DNA of 64,000 nt, from NCBI RefSeq assembly GCF_018977255.1, contig NW_024704743.1, positions 26,414,001 to 26,478,000 on the forward strand, given 5' to 3'. Below are positions 62,482 through 64,000 of the stretch, in pieces (within the stretch, counting starts at the first letter, position 1; every line of letters starts with the position of its first letter). The notes below the pieces were generated by a model. It saw only the letters and a program-made list of their open reading frames with translations, made no database searches and was not told where the DNA came from. The translations under genes and the position numbers were made by a program. Source of the stretch: Callorhinchus milii. Taxonomy: Eukaryota.

Positions 62482-63759
62482 GTCTCAATGTAATGTTTCA
62501 CTGAATTTACTGCATGGTTCAGTGACTGTGTTTTGTAAGCAGACACAGCAGTCAATTTGTGCATGCATTTAGGTATTAGTGTTCAGTAATAAAGCATAAT
62601 AAAAATAATCATAATCATAATCCTTGGGTTTGGTAAAATGCTGTATGATATCAAAACGTTTCAAAGTGTTTCACAGGATTTACTATAAGCTGTAGTACAG
62701 TTGTAGGTGATGATTTTTTTTAGGTTATTGTTTTTCTACAATTTAAAAAAAATCTAAAATTTACAAGTGTTGATTGACAAAAGAAATATTTTGCAGCGAA
62801 ATAAAATGTCCTTTCCTCTGACTATTGGTTAAAACGATCCACAGAAATTTGCGTTGTATTTCTTTCCTCCCGTGGTGTAGAGTAACATCTGCTGGTTGTG
62901 TTGTAAAATCTCACTGTAAAATCCCACTGGCAAATCAAGTTGAATCTAAAATGCCTTTCGATTAGGAAAATTCCCATTTCATTCTGCAAACTAATTACAA
63001 GATCTCAGGCGTTCAACATAATTTCTGAATATTTCTTCGGGTTTCTGGTTCTCTTTTAATCTTTGATGCCTGCAAACTCTTGTCAGAATGACAATGCGAA
63101 TCAAAAAGCATAACTAATAGAATAAACCATATTGAGCTAGGAATAGTGATGCTGAATCGGTGTGTTTGGTCTGAATATTTTTTTCCCCCGCAAAAGACTA
63201 GACTAACAGCAGATCAAAGAGTGTCAGCTCAGTGCTTTGTCTTTCTGCGACGAATGGACTTTCATGTTTCTCAAATTTGGACTTGGTCCAAAGTTTTGTA
63301 CAACTTAGTCAACTGAAGTATCTAATGTATCTATATACTATTTACAAACTGGATCGTTCTGAATATCTTTGCCAAAACGTCAATATTCCCTCTCCTCCCT
63401 CCTCCTCCTCCTCCTTGACTACAAAAAGAGTTTCCGATCTGTTTTAAAAAGAATGGAAATATTCCTATAGTTGGACAGGCTATGTTTTAAAGTGGATTTT
63501 TATTTACGCTTAGCTCTGCTCTGTAACACGGTCATGTAATTTTGTTGTTGTTGTTGCTGAGGTTGAAAATGTGGTATTTGAGGTCAGTGCCGATGGTGTA
63601 GTGGCAGGATTGCAGCTTATGAGCTTGCCTTTCTGGCCCAACCCGCTCAAACTACATCCTGTGACTATCCAGTGCTTGGGATGTCCTCCTGACGTAAATG
63701 GCGTAATGTAAATGCAATGTGTTGTTATTGCTGCATGAGGAAGCAAAATTGACTCCTTT

Positions 63760-64000
63760 CTCAGTGTTAGGGAAGGGAAAGACAGCTGGTTTCCTGCTCC
63801 CAGTCCTTGTACAGCACTTTCTGTTGTTTGTGCCTGTGTGTGGTTGCTGGCTGAGAAGAGATTAGGGTTTGGCTTTGATGCCCTTTACGGTTGAGTGTCC
63901 TACAGACACTAATAATAATAATAATAATAATAACTGCCAACGCTCAGATATGAATGATTGTCAATTAGGTGGGGAACCAGCAGGCAACCCATGCCTGTGG
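63760..64000 (+). mobile_element. LF-SINE-like element containing an (aat)n microsatellite
   Basis: tagggaagggaaagacagctggtttcctgctcc..gagaagagattagggtttggctttgatgccc..gacact. Confidence 0.6.

Overview
This is eukaryotic, almost certainly vertebrate, non-coding DNA: either a large intron or intergenic sequence. It is dominated by non-LTR retroelement remnants: CR1 LINE fragments, at least two L2 LINE subfamilies, a tRNA-Ala-headed SINE with a CORE-like segment, a Deu-domain SINE and many old LF-SINE-like copies. One hAT-type MITE and an unclassified ~450 bp repeat (3 copies) are also present. The repeat mix suggests a cartilaginous fish, possibly a chimaera such as Callorhinchus (inference only). 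Nearly all ORFs in the track are LINE remnants or chance ORFs. No complete host gene is recognisable, only weak candidate exons; the best is a possible alternative first coding exon at 18373-18445. I did not find a convincing new biological system. The most interesting signals concern retroelement biology: a four-element nested insertion with resolvable junctions, an L2-tail-derived perfect hairpin, two young L2 copies sharing a frameshift, modular SINEs sharing a covarying L2 3' stem-loop, and local duplications that give filled and empty insertion sites. Family names come from recalled consensus features and need RepeatMasker/Dfam confirmation. Many boundaries are approximate (about 20 bp either way).
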